In this document: piece by piece, positions 46,784 to 56,062 of the stretch
Position numbering within the stretch: position 1 is the first letter of the stretch
Layout of the letters: each line of letters opens with the position of its first letter
Virus record (IMG/VR): IMGVR_UViG_3300001335_000125
Coordinates: 1 to 64,000 of that record
Length of the DNA: 64,000 nt
Source of the DNA: a virus
Taxonomy: Duplodnaviria; Caudoviricetes
Reading direction: 5' to 3' (one strand)
Program-made: the position numbers and the translations under genes
Notes under the pieces: generated by a model
Told to the model about the DNA's origin: nothing
Database searches by the model: none
The model's input: the letters and a program-made list of their open reading frames with translations, nothing else

Positions 46784-48962
46784 CCTGTATCATAGCTGTT
46801 CCATATCTATATCCCGCTCCCATCTCAGGAGTAGTAGTGTTACCAGAGTACATAAATCTTATTTCTATATAATCACCAGCATCCGATGATGCTAATGGAT
46901 TTCCTTGTTGTAATGTTGCTGAAGATGTTTTATAGATTGTATCTGCTCCATATAAAGGAAGTGATGATCCTGCTAAAACTTCTACATATAAATCACCTAT
47001 GCCCGTTCCACCAGATCCACATGCATTTGCTTGGTATATATACGCCTTCTTTCCAGTTGGACACTTAAACCTACCTAAATTAATATTCTGATTTGCAGAT
47101 AACATAATATTAGCAATAGAATAAGTCATTGGAGCAATTCCCCTAAATACTTGAGATGAAATTCCATTACTACTAGATACTCCATAAGTATATAAAGTTC
47201 TCCATCTTTTAGATAATGACCCCAAGTCATCTGTATTATCAGTATCCGATATAATGCTTGTATTTATTGATACCGTTCCTAAATTATTCAGATTATTTGT
47301 AGCCACACCTAAATCTAATATAACTTCTGAACAACTTCTACCTTCAATAGTATTTGAATCTGTAAACTTAGCAAAGTCACTTTTTACTGGAGTTCCAGAA
47401 GTATCTACAGTACCTGTATTTGTAGTCCAACCAGAATCATTATTAAAATCTGATAATGTCCACTCACTAACTAACTTTCTCTTTTGTACACCATTATCTA
47501 AATATACTATTTCATCTTCTGAACCAACTATATCACTAGTTCCGTCTGTTAATTCTGTCAAATCTACATTAAATGTAGTTCCATCTAAATCTAATAAAGA
47601 ACCTGCAGTATAAGTAGTATTTGTATAATTACCAGTATGAATATTAGTATCACCTTGATCTACTGTCCAGTCTATATGTTTATTTGATTGTCCGGAATGT
47701 CCCCAAAATGCCACATTCAAATTATGACCAACGGATTGACCAACAGATGATGGATATGCAAGATAACTACCAGATACAGAATTAGTCCAGTTATATGCTG
47801 ATTTTGTTTGAGATGATATTATTGTATAACCAGCAACATCCAATGAAACTCCGGTAGAACCACTAACACCAATAGAGCCTTCAAATGCTTCAAATCCAGT
47901 TCCAGCAGTTAGAGTAGTCCAATTAGTTGGAGTATCAGATATTGCATTAATATCTGTTCTTAAGTTACTAGAAATACTATCAAGAAGAGAACGATTAATA
48001 TTACTACTTCCTGCATAATTGTCATTTAAATCTGCTATTGCTGCTGTAGATACATCACTCCAAGCAACCTCATGGGGGTTATTTGTATTACTACTATGAC
48101 CAACATATTCAAGATATTGATTATGTCCTAATGAAGAAGGATAGTATTCAGAACCATCTAAAACATCCTGTTTACCATCTATTTTACTATCTAAATTAGT
48201 TGATATCTGATAAAGATTAACCCCTGACGCTGAATACCAATTCCAAATAGACTGCCCAGATGTTTTTAAGAAGAAGTTACTAGATACTGTATCTCCTGTT
48301 AATCCACCTACTGCACCAATCTTTGTATCTAATGCACCAGATACAATTTGAATATAGTCATATATTTGGTCTGCTGTTGATAGATGGGTAGTATCTCCTG
48401 CATTTGGTGTAGCGGTATCTACTGCAATAGTTGCTGCACCACCAAATACTTGTCTATCTGAAGTTACGGTTATTGGTGCTGTTGCAGATAATGTTCCTTT
48501 ACTTTCACCAATATCCGTTAAATCAATACTATGAGGATTTCCAGTTGTAGTATCAGCATGTGTTTTTCCTGATTTTGCATTAGATGATATAGTTGTTCCA
48601 CCAAGTGCAACTTCTACATCACTTGTAGAATCGTATTTGGCATCTAATTTAGTCTTAAGCTGTGCAGACGCAGCATAATCTGTAACACTTATTTCATTAG
48701 TGGAGAATGTGATTCCTAATCCAGCAGTTGCATTAGTTTCAGTTAAATCTAATTTATCAGCAGTTATTTGTTGATCATTTATAGATATATATGACTCACC
48801 AGTTAAAGTGACCCTTGGATGTGCTAATGCTCCAGATGCTGATAACTTATTACTCGAATTAAGATACCAATTATATACTGTACCAAAATTATCACTAGAT
48901 GCATACCAATTTGATAACTTCTGAGATGAGTTATCATACCAAGTATCTAATATATTAACCAT
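46752..48962 (-). CDS. tail fiber-like protein, 3' part of a frameshift-broken gene
   Basis: fiber-like motifs (GNPH, HSSNTNNPH, YTAGSLLDLDGTTF); the frame is open 12 codons upstream of the ATG and matches a repeat in 49246-49929. Confidence 0.7.
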   Translation of the reverse strand: MVNILDTWYDNSSQKLSNWYASSDNFGTVYNWYLNSSNKLSASGALAHPRVTLTGESYISINDQQITADKLDLTETNATAGLGITFSTNEISVTDYAASAQLKTKLDAKYDSTSDVEVALGGTTISSNAKSGKTHADTTTGNPHSIDLTDIGESKGTLSATAPITVTSDRQVFGGAATIAVDTATPNAGDTTHLSTADQIYDYIQIVSGALDTKIGAVGGLTGDTVSSNFFLKTSGQSIWNWYSASGVNLYQISTNLDSKIDGKQDVLDGSEYYPSSLGHNQYLEYVGHSSNTNNPHEVAWSDVSTAAIADLNDNYAGSSNINRSLLDSISSNLRTDINAISDTPTNWTTLTAGTGFEAFEGSIGVSGSTGVSLDVAGYTIISSQTKSAYNWTNSVSGSYLAYPSSVGQSVGHNLNVAFWGHSGQSNKHIDWTVDQGDTNIHTGNYTNTTYTAGSLLDLDGTTFNVDLTELTDGTSDIVGSEDEIVYLDNGVQKRKLVSEWTLSDFNNDSGWTTNTGTVDTSGTPVKSDFAKFTDSNTIEGRSCSEVILDLGVATNNLNNLGTVSINTSIISDTDNTDDLGSLSKRWRTLYTYGVSSSNGISSQVFRGIAPMTYSIANIMLSANQNINLGRFKCPTGKKAYIYQANACGSGGTGIGDLYVEVLAGSSLPLYGADTIYKTSSATLQQGNPLASSDAGDYIEIRFMYSGNTTTPEMGAGYRYGTAMIQVGVYSSYESN

Positions 48963-48998
48963 ACTAGATACTGTGATATATCCGGTTGCACCAGACCA

Positions 48999-49258
48999 TC
49001 ACCATGAGAATGAGTTGCTAATGCAAATACTCCAGTTGATGCTGATATATAAGCACTATGATACTTTGAACCAGATATTAATAGATGTTGTTGAGCTAGA
49101 GTTCCAGAAATGTTATGAATACTTAAATTGTTTTTATGTGATTGGAAAGCTCCAGAGCCTGCATAGTCATCATCAATAGATGATTTTGTAAAATGAATAG
49201 AGGAGTCTCCTATGTGAGAAGTGACTGAGTCACTTAAGGAATTTCCTAATGAAGATGT
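48999..49258 (-). pseudogene. middle, out-of-frame coding segment of the fiber gene; not in ORF track
   Basis: TSSLGNS...SAYISASTGVFALATHSH matches SKAYISTSTGVFALSTHSH in 49246-49929. Confidence 0.75.
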
Positions 49259-49929
49259 AAATCATCTTTAGCACCAGTTTCAACATCTGCCCAAACTACA
49301 TTATGTGGATTATCTTCATTTATTATATGACTATGAAATGCTCCCGAGTTAGCATAATTATCATTGAGAGCAGAAGTTAAATCATCTTCACTAGAATATG
49401 TTTCTGAGTAGAGTGCTATAGATGCACTAGCATATGCATTAGATAACTTAGATGAAGAGTTTGAATACCAATTTAGTAAAGTATTTACATTACTTGATAC
49501 TGATATATATTCCGATGCTCCTGACCATAATCCGAATTCATCGTGAGAATGGGTAGACAAAGCAAATACTCCTGTAGATGTTGATATGTATGCTTTTGAG
49601 TATTTATTAGATGAATTACTATACCATATATTTAATGCATGAACTAATGATGAAACTGGATAAAACTCAGATGCTCCTGACCATGCTACATCCGTTGTTG
49701 AAGTTTCTGCCCATGTTAATTTATCTGTAGAGTCTTTATACTGTAAAAAGTATCCATCACTTGGTGAATTGGATATCTTAAGTTGATATTCTTGGAGAGA
49801 GTTTCCGGAAATGGTACTAGATGGTAAATATCCACCTGCTCCACTTGCACCTATAACTTGATCCGCATCTACCATCCCAACAAAACCATCACTTTTAGGA
49901 GAAATCTTAGATATTAGTTCTATAGGCAT
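49246..49929 (-). CDS. tail fiber-like protein, 5' part of the frameshift-broken gene
   Basis: repeated WSGASE and NWYSNSS.K motifs; ends abruptly at DDLHLH*. Confidence 0.7.
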   Translation of the reverse strand: MPIELISKISPKSDGFVGMVDADQVIGASGAGGYLPSSTISGNSLQEYQLKISNSPSDGYFLQYKDSTDKLTWAETSTTDVAWSGASEFYPVSSLVHALNIWYSNSSNKYSKAYISTSTGVFALSTHSHDEFGLWSGASEYISVSSNVNTLLNWYSNSSSKLSNAYASASIALYSETYSSEDDLTSALNDNYANSGAFHSHIINEDNPHNVVWADVETGAKDDLHLH

Positions 49930-50594
49930 AAGTCATTACCTCCATTCTTTTGGTATTTGTAAATGTCAGTAAGATGTTGGAATATCTCTTCTAATGAGTG
50001 TGTATATTTTAATCTATTACACTTGTCACAACAAGGAATACAGTTCTCTTTAATATATCCAATTTCATTATTCAATCTATCAATTCCAGTATATTTATTA
50101 CCATTTGTATATTTGCCACATATATAACACGGTTTAGAAGTTATATTATCAAATTCTTTTATTGTTAATCTAAATTCTTTTCCCCTTTTTTTGGCACTGG
50201 ACTTGCAATGACTATACCTAAATGATAAATCAAACTCAATATTATCATATTTATTATGATAATTCTGGGATGCAATTTCATTACAGCACTCTTTACACTC
50301 TGTACACAATCCATCATGTTTTGATTTATTTTTATAAAACTTATCCAACGATAAAATCCGTCCACATCTCCAACACTTTCTTTTAGTTCTGTCTTTATTA
50401 TATGTTGTAGTTACTTCTTTTAGACATCCACAACTTTTTGTACGCCCCATTGTTAGACTGCATAATCTAACTGTAATTATATTTCCACAATCACAAATAC
50501 AATCAAATGCTCTACGGTTAAACTTATCATAATTTTCCTTTAATATAGTCAATTTACCAAACCTATCCCCTTTATTAACTATTAATTTATTCAT
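49920..50594 (-). CDS. free-standing His-Me finger (HNH-like) endonuclease
   Basis: GDRFGKLTI...CICDCG...TKSCGC N-terminal module; GIDRLNNEIGYIKENCIPCCDKCN. Confidence 0.82.
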   Translation of the reverse strand: MNKLIVNKGDRFGKLTILKENYDKFNRRAFDCICDCGNIITVRLCSLTMGRTKSCGCLKEVTTTYNKDRTKRKCWRCGRILSLDKFYKNKSKHDGLCTECKECCNEIASQNYHNKYDNIEFDLSFRYSHCKSSAKKRGKEFRLTIKEFDNITSKPCYICGKYTNGNKYTGIDRLNNEIGYIKENCIPCCDKCNRLKYTHSLEEIFQHLTDIYKYQKNGGNDLCL

Positions 50595-51880
50595 GTTGTA
50601 GTCACCACCGTAGAACCCAGATTAGAGTTCTCACTACGCCATACATAATAATCTTCACTAAATCCATTAGCATTAGTTACAGATACTGTTTCTGGAGATT
50701 CAAAGCCCCCCTCAAAGCCTCCAACCCAAAACGTAACCGTTCCTAATCTAACAGGAAATGCAAATAACATATATTCCCCAGCACCCGTTGTGATAGCACT
50801 CCATGTTTGTGTATTATCATTAGTTATAGTTGAAGTTGATAATCCCTCTACATCAGCCTCCGAGAAACTGGATGTTGTAGTTGTCTTTCCATAATATAAA
50901 TAGTTTCTAAGACTTACATCAGTTCTGAATGTATAATTTCCTAGGTTTGCTATTGTAGATGCAAATACTTTATAATTTTCTGTAAATCCTGCAGAGTTTG
51001 TTAAAGAAACTGTTTCTGGAGCATTCATTGCAACAACAAAACCATTAAAATCAAAGTCACAGTCTCCATCATCTTCATAATCATTACCATAATCAAGTGT
51101 TGTATAGGATGCTGGATATGCAAAAACTAGATACTCTCCAGCACCAACATTTATAGAACCCCAACTTTGAGTAGTATCATTAGATATGGTGCTTCCAGCA
51201 AGTGATTCAACATCCGCCTCTGAGAAACTTGAACCTTTATTTAATTTACCATAATAGATATAATTTCTGAAATAGATGGATGTTTCTGTAGTTGAATCTG
51301 TATCGGTAGCACAATTAGCACTTAATCTAAATCTAAGATATTGGTCTTTAGATGCAGGATAGTTGATATCTCCTTCATCGTTAGTACCAGTTGTATAGGT
51401 AGATGCAGTCATAGAACCAACTTTTGAGTATGCACCACCATTATTAGACATCTGTACCCAAGCACCATCTGGTGGACCATTATTATAAGTTGCAGAGAAT
51501 GTTATTGTACTATCAGACTTCCATACTCCAGTACCTATTAATTGAGTTGTAGATTCTCCATCACTAAAAGATTCTATGGAAAATTCAAATGTAGTGTTAT
51601 ATGCTGCTGGTACCCAATTAGATCCATTCCATTTTAATACCTCATCTCTTGCTGGAGTATCGGATACGGTATCAACATCATTAAGTTTATTTATAGATGC
51701 TGTAGTAGATATATAAATATTATTAAGCCAATTAGTTAATTGTGAAGAAGGAAAATGGATATTTTTATTTGATGAATGAGAAAAATAGTTGCCACTTACC
51801 CATTCTATAGTATTAGCCATATTAGTGAATTCTGTAGCATCTATCAAGTCATTAGGTAATTTTGAATCTTGCCATGACAT
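50591..51880 (-). CDS. virion fiber/spike-like protein with an internal domain duplication
   Basis: VLKWNGSNWVP; two copies of RNY.YYGK...FSEADVE...GAGEY..FA.P...PETVS.TN..GF.E.Y. Confidence 0.75.
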   Translation of the reverse strand: MSWQDSKLPNDLIDATEFTNMANTIEWVSGNYFSHSSNKNIHFPSSQLTNWLNNIYISTTASINKLNDVDTVSDTPARDEVLKWNGSNWVPAAYNTTFEFSIESFSDGESTTQLIGTGVWKSDSTITFSATYNNGPPDGAWVQMSNNGGAYSKVGSMTASTYTTGTNDEGDINYPASKDQYLRFRLSANCATDTDSTTETSIYFRNYIYYGKLNKGSSFSEADVESLAGSTISNDTTQSWGSINVGAGEYLVFAYPASYTTLDYGNDYEDDGDCDFDFNGFVVAMNAPETVSLTNSAGFTENYKVFASTIANLGNYTFRTDVSLRNYLYYGKTTTTSSFSEADVEGLSTSTITNDNTQTWSAITTGAGEYMLFAFPVRLGTVTFWVGGFEGGFESPETVSVTNANGFSEDYYVWRSENSNLGSTVVTTT

Positions 51881-52002
51881 CTTTATAGTCCTTATATTAA
51901 TTACTTATAATTATTTAAAATACATTTAACGAAAAGATATTATAATACATTTCCAAGAGTTTATTGAAATAAAAACTGTAACGTCTATTCATTAGATTTG
52001 TA

Positions 52003-52614
52003 TTATATTATCTCCGAATCTCCAGTCTCTTTAATATTTAAAAGAAACTTTGAGTTTCTACCGGATATCGTTTCTTGATACCCGATTATGTAGTCGATCC
52101 ATCGTTTCTCACGAGAAGATCTATTAGATGTTATACGATTTCTCTGTAGATGTCCTTTACATACTGGACATAATCCATTGGAGGTTTGTTCAAAGTCATA
52201 CTTCTTATCGCATCTATTACAATAGAAGTAGTCATGAGATTTACAATTTGGGCATATTGGAGATGGATATTGTGAATGAAATTCCATAGATGAGTTATAC
52301 TGAAATTCTGTGTTACAATCTTTACAGAAATGAAATTCTTCTGTTTGAATGAAGTTCTGACGATAATAGATTAGTCTTCTATCATCTATGAGATTAAGTG
52401 TGAAGGTTGGAAGAAAAGATACTGATTTAACATGTATCTTATCTTTATTAATTTCTTTCTCCTCTTCATATGTGAAGGGAGTTAATACAAATTTTATTAA
52501 TTTATCTTGATTAATTTTATTAAATGAATTTGGTTGTCCTTGAGTATATTGATGAAGTTCAGTTCCATCATTATAATAGCAAATCCATTTATATACTATA
52601 GGTCTTATATTCAT
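52003..52614 (-). CDS. hypothetical protein with inserted double Zn ribbon
   Basis: CKDC, CPNC, CNRC, CPVC. Confidence 0.7.
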   Translation of the reverse strand: MNIRPIVYKWICYYNDGTELHQYTQGQPNSFNKINQDKLIKFVLTPFTYEEEKEINKDKIHVKSVSFLPTFTLNLIDDRRLIYYRQNFIQTEEFHFCKDCNTEFQYNSSMEFHSQYPSPICPNCKSHDYFYCNRCDKKYDFEQTSNGLCPVCKGHLQRNRITSNRSSREKRWIDYIIGYQETISGRNSKFLLNIKETGDSEII

Positions 52615-52689
52615 AGAAATCTCCTAATGGGATGTTTACATCACTGTATCGTCCATTTTATTGGATAGATACTCCAGAAAGTTTCACAT

Positions 52690-53649
52690 TTAGAAATTAA
52701 CAATCCTATTACATAAATCTTCATCTGACATTTGTTTCATATCCGATTCCCATATAACAAGAGTCTTAAATCCATATTTTCCATAGTGATCTGATTTTGT
52801 CTTAATATCTTCCTCTTTATGCCAATAGTTACCAAACAACTCAATTAGTTTCTTTTCTCCATTACAATTTACAAAATCTGGGTTCTTTCCATCTATCCAA
52901 AACTTAAAATCACCAGTATACTTGTATGGAAGATTATATTTCTTACATATATCAATTACCCGTTGTTCTATACTCGTTGGATTATTTGAATTTGAAACTA
53001 TTGAACTAAAGAACTTATCTTTTGATACTTTCATCCATTCCCAAGGTTTCATTCCTTTATTCCACCCAGCAATTAGACAAGTATTTTCGTGAGTTCTGTG
53101 GTATTCTCTTGCACCTTCGTTCATTTTTTGTAGGATTATTGAATCATCCTTCATCATTTTTATTCTGGACTCTTTAAGATGTTGTTTGTGCTTATTTGTA
53201 AGTCCGTGAGTTCGATAAGAATGAGGTCGTTTGAGTTTTATATTTCTACACTTATCACCAACAGATAAATCAGTTCTGTCTAGTATTTCTGCTATTTCTT
53301 TGTAATATAATCCTTCGTAGAAAAGAAAAAGTAATGAAGAAAGATTTTCATCTGTCCACATAACATCATTTTTGTGGAGACCTAATCGATTTGCTTTGAT
53401 ACATATTGCTTCTTTATCTCTATTTATTTTGGATAGTATGTACTCCCATGGTTTTGTTGAATATACTCTTCTTAGGATTTCTAATTCTTTGTTAGTCCAT
53501 TCACATCCTTTAGATAGATTTAATTTATTTGCCTTTATATAAATTGAGTATTCTGTCCTATTTAATAGAGCTGATATCTCATTTATTGGAAGAATTTGAT
53601 AGTTTTCTTTTAGTGTTTCTACTTCCTCATCAGACCACAATTTACTCAT
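52690..53649 (-). CDS. Vsr/DUF559-like PD-(D/E)XK endonuclease with three N-terminal W(T/S)..E...L helical repeats
   Basis: WSDEEVETL, WTNKELEIL, WTDENLSSL; PDFV...IELFGNYWH...GFKTLVIWE. Confidence 0.78.
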   Translation of the reverse strand: MSKLWSDEEVETLKENYQILPINEISALLNRTEYSIYIKANKLNLSKGCEWTNKELEILRRVYSTKPWEYILSKINRDKEAICIKANRLGLHKNDVMWTDENLSSLLFLFYEGLYYKEIAEILDRTDLSVGDKCRNIKLKRPHSYRTHGLTNKHKQHLKESRIKMMKDDSIILQKMNEGAREYHRTHENTCLIAGWNKGMKPWEWMKVSKDKFFSSIVSNSNNPTSIEQRVIDICKKYNLPYKYTGDFKFWIDGKNPDFVNCNGEKKLIELFGNYWHKEEDIKTKSDHYGKYGFKTLVIWESDMKQMSDEDLCNRIVNF

Positions 53650-53655
53650 ATAAAA

Positions 53656-54342
53656 TTATGCCTCCGAAAATGTCCATGTTGCAGTTTTATCTTCTTTATT
53701 TCCCGCAGTAGCTCCACTACCAACTAACACTTGAGTTACTATACAATAGGTTCTTCCAGTTGTTGCACCTAATGCTTGACCAGATTGTACCATATATGCA
53801 TTTTCTAGACTATCAAAGTGTGTTATAGATACCATACCACCTGATGCTGGACTTGCTGCTCCAAGATAGAAAGCATGACCATTTGTTGCTGTAGAAATTC
53901 TATATCCACAAACACCCTCTGTACCTTCTGCTAAATCATAATTTCCTGAAGGAAATCCTTGTGTTAATATTTTTGCATTTGCAACAGTTGCAGATGATAT
54001 TCCTATATAGAGTCCAGGACCGATACCTGCTCCTGCCCATCCTGCTCCTGCTAGAGACCAGTCTGAATTAGGACTAGTTGTCCATGTTTGATAATACTTA
54101 ACATCTTTGATATATGTATCTGGTGCAACGGTACAATTAAGACAATGAGTTACCCAATAAGAGCCACTAATACCATTTCCTACCGTTGGTATTGGAATAG
54201 GATATGTAGTTAATGAACTGTCATATTGATCTGATGTCATATATCGAGTACCAGATTTACTTGCTACTGCATTAGAATCTCTAGTGTGAAATGTCCCTGG
54301 TTCTGCTCCAGTAAGTTGTTCGATTACTATTGTTGCAACCAA
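53656..54342 (-). CDS. putative virion structural protein
   Basis: TTG start with AGGTGA upstream; Gly/Ser/Thr-rich; follows the tail chaperone. Confidence 0.65.
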   Translation of the reverse strand: MVATIVIEQLTGAEPGTFHTRDSNAVASKSGTRYMTSDQYDSSLTTYPIPIPTVGNGISGSYWVTHCLNCTVAPDTYIKDVKYYQTWTTSPNSDWSLAGAGWAGAGIGPGLYIGISSATVANAKILTQGFPSGNYDLAEGTEGVCGYRISTATNGHAFYLGAASPASGGMVSITHFDSLENAYMVQSGQALGATTGRTYCIVTQVLVGSGATAGNKEDKTATWTFSEA

Positions 54343-54384
54343 TTATAATTCACCTATCCCTAAAATATAACATAAATACATACA

Positions 54385-54585
54385 TTAATGTCTACGTCTT
54401 GCTTTTGCTTTACGTTCTGCGTCTTTGTGTGCTTTTGCTTCTTGTTCCAATTTATGTATTATCATCCGTTCCATAAAAGATATACCTTCTCGGTTTCTTC
54501 TACGGGCGTATCCTAATTCATCTGGTGTACAAGATAGTAATTTACACACTTCGAACTCTAGATATCCTAATCCCGACTCAACGAA
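54385..54585 (-). CDS. +1-frame extension of the tail assembly chaperone (GT-type product); not in ORF track
   Basis: 66 open codons FVESGLGYLEFEVCKLLSCTPDELG...ARRRH*, entered at TCC TTT CGT TGA. Confidence 0.8.
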   Translation of the reverse strand, partial: FVESGLGYLEFEVCKLLSCTPDELGYARRRNREGISFMERMIIHKLEQEAKAHKDAERKAKARRRH

Positions 54586-55051
54586 AGGATTTTAAGTCTT
54601 CTTCAGGAACTTTATTACCAGATTGGAAAGATAATATAAGTTCTGATATGAAGTTTTGTAATGTTTCGAATGAGACTTTAGACTTCCAGAATTCTTCATC
54701 TAGATGTTTATCAACAGACAATTCAGCAGCAATCTTATTTAAATCACCATATACTTCTAGAAGTCTTTTATTAGACTCCTCAGCATTGGATGATTCGAGA
54801 TTACTTGCTTCAATAGACAGTTTTAGAATCTTCAGAAACTCCTCCTGATTCGGCTTTTTAGCTAGAACTGCTCTCCTTGTATCAGGGGAGGTGTTAAAAG
54901 AAACTTTAAGGAAATCTTCATTAAAGTCTCTTTCTAGAAGCTCTCGAGTAGCTATTTGACGAGCAAAGTCCTCGTCTTTCTTAGACTTACCATCATCAAT
55001 CTTCTTTCTGAGGTTATCCATTTTTTCTTTTGGGGTTTTCTCTTCGGCCAT
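54578..55051 (-). CDS. tail assembly chaperone
   Basis: directly follows the tail tube genes; charged helical protein; overlapping downstream frame. Confidence 0.8.
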   Translation of the reverse strand: MAEEKTPKEKMDNLRKKIDDGKSKKDEDFARQIATRELLERDFNEDFLKVSFNTSPDTRRAVLAKKPNQEEFLKILKLSIEASNLESSNAEESNKRLLEVYGDLNKIAAELSVDKHLDEEFWKSKVSFETLQNFISELILSFQSGNKVPEEDLKSFR

Positions 55052-55085
55052 TTTTTAACACCTCAATATTACATTATATTTTTAT

Positions 55086-55544
55086 TTAACAGTTTGATAT
55101 ATACTTTCCACCATGAGATCCATCACCATCTGTAATGGTTATCTGATATGGAGTCATCACAGAATAATCAACACTACCTTCAGTAATTGTATCTGCATCA
55201 CCAATGGATATATCAAATCCAGTGACAGCACAAGATACTAAATAGAAATGTAGTGAATTTGAACCACAGCTACCAGAAATTCTTACACGATTACCATTAA
55301 TTAATGCACCAATCAGGTAGTTACTACCATCTATTTTACAGTGGGTTAAGGATCCTTCTGCTGAAACTGACCCGCCGACTCGATAGTTTCCAGTCTCTCC
55401 AACTAATTCCTGTTCAACTACACCCTTATCGAATGTAAGACTGAAATCAGAAATAGCAAAGACACTATCCTCTACTGCAGTCGTTCCTGAGTATATAAAG
55501 ATTGCTGCATCTTTACCTGTATAGGTTGTTGGTGTTCCTGCCAT
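55086..55544 (-). CDS. tail tube protein paralog 2
   Basis: SDFSLTFDKGVVEQELVGE...EGS...SIGDADTITE; position in the tail operon. Confidence 0.78.
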   Translation of the reverse strand: MAGTPTTYTGKDAAIFIYSGTTAVEDSVFAISDFSLTFDKGVVEQELVGETGNYRVGGSVSAEGSLTHCKIDGSNYLIGALINGNRVRISGSCGSNSLHFYLVSCAVTGFDISIGDADTITEGSVDYSVMTPYQITITDGDGSHGGKYISNC

Positions 55545-55558
55545 ATTTTCTTACCTCC

Positions 55559-56026
55559 TTAATCCTCCATATGACCAGTGTCTAAAGTAATGGTGACTTG
55601 ACTTGGATGCATAACAACCCAATCAATGGATGCTTCTGTGATTGTATCTGCATCTCCGAGTGATATATCATATCCTGTAATTGCACAAGATCTAAAGTAC
55701 CAACTTATTCCCGTTTCAGAGTTTCCGGTATTTCCTGAGATAGTTATATATTTATATGAATCTCCACCAAACATATTGTCTAATGCTTCATCTGCTCCAG
55801 ATGCTGCAAATTTACAACATGTATAAGAGCCTTCTACTGATAGACTACCAAATGTAAAGTAGTTACCAATTTCTCCAACAAGCTCTTGTTCAACAACCCC
55901 TTTATCGAATGTGATACTAAAATCAGATATTCCATAAAGTGAGTGAGTTGACATAGTTCCTGTTGCAGCTCCTGCAGCATGAGATTTTATTGCAATGTCT
56001 GCACTTGAACCTGTTACTGTTGCCAT
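55559..56026 (-). CDS. tail tube protein paralog 1
   Basis: SDFSITFDKGVVEQELVGE...EGS...SLGDADTITE; follows the terminator gene. Confidence 0.78.
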   Translation of the reverse strand: MATVTGSSADIAIKSHAAGAATGTMSTHSLYGISDFSITFDKGVVEQELVGEIGNYFTFGSLSVEGSYTCCKFAASGADEALDNMFGGDSYKYITISGNTGNSETGISWYFRSCAITGYDISLGDADTITEASIDWVVMHPSQVTITLDTGHMED

Positions 56027-56062
56027 ATTATTATCACCAAATTTTTAACACATTTACATACA

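Noticed and set aside
48995-49262. Programmed -1 frameshifts in the fiber gene
   Set aside because: No X XXY YYZ heptamer at either junction, and comparison with the upstream repeat suggests missing nucleotides; reported instead as probable deletions
54560-54592. Canonical -1 frameshift for the tail chaperone
   Set aside because: The -1 frame stops after CTT TCG TTG AGT CGG GAT TAG; only the +1 (= -2) frame is open
7587-54848. Many antisense track ORFs (e.g. 7587-8048, 9621-10037, 10956-11414, 37824-38300, 47254-47613, 54525-54848)
   Set aside because: They lie opposite well-supported genes, have Phe/Ser/Leu-rich shadow composition and show no motifs
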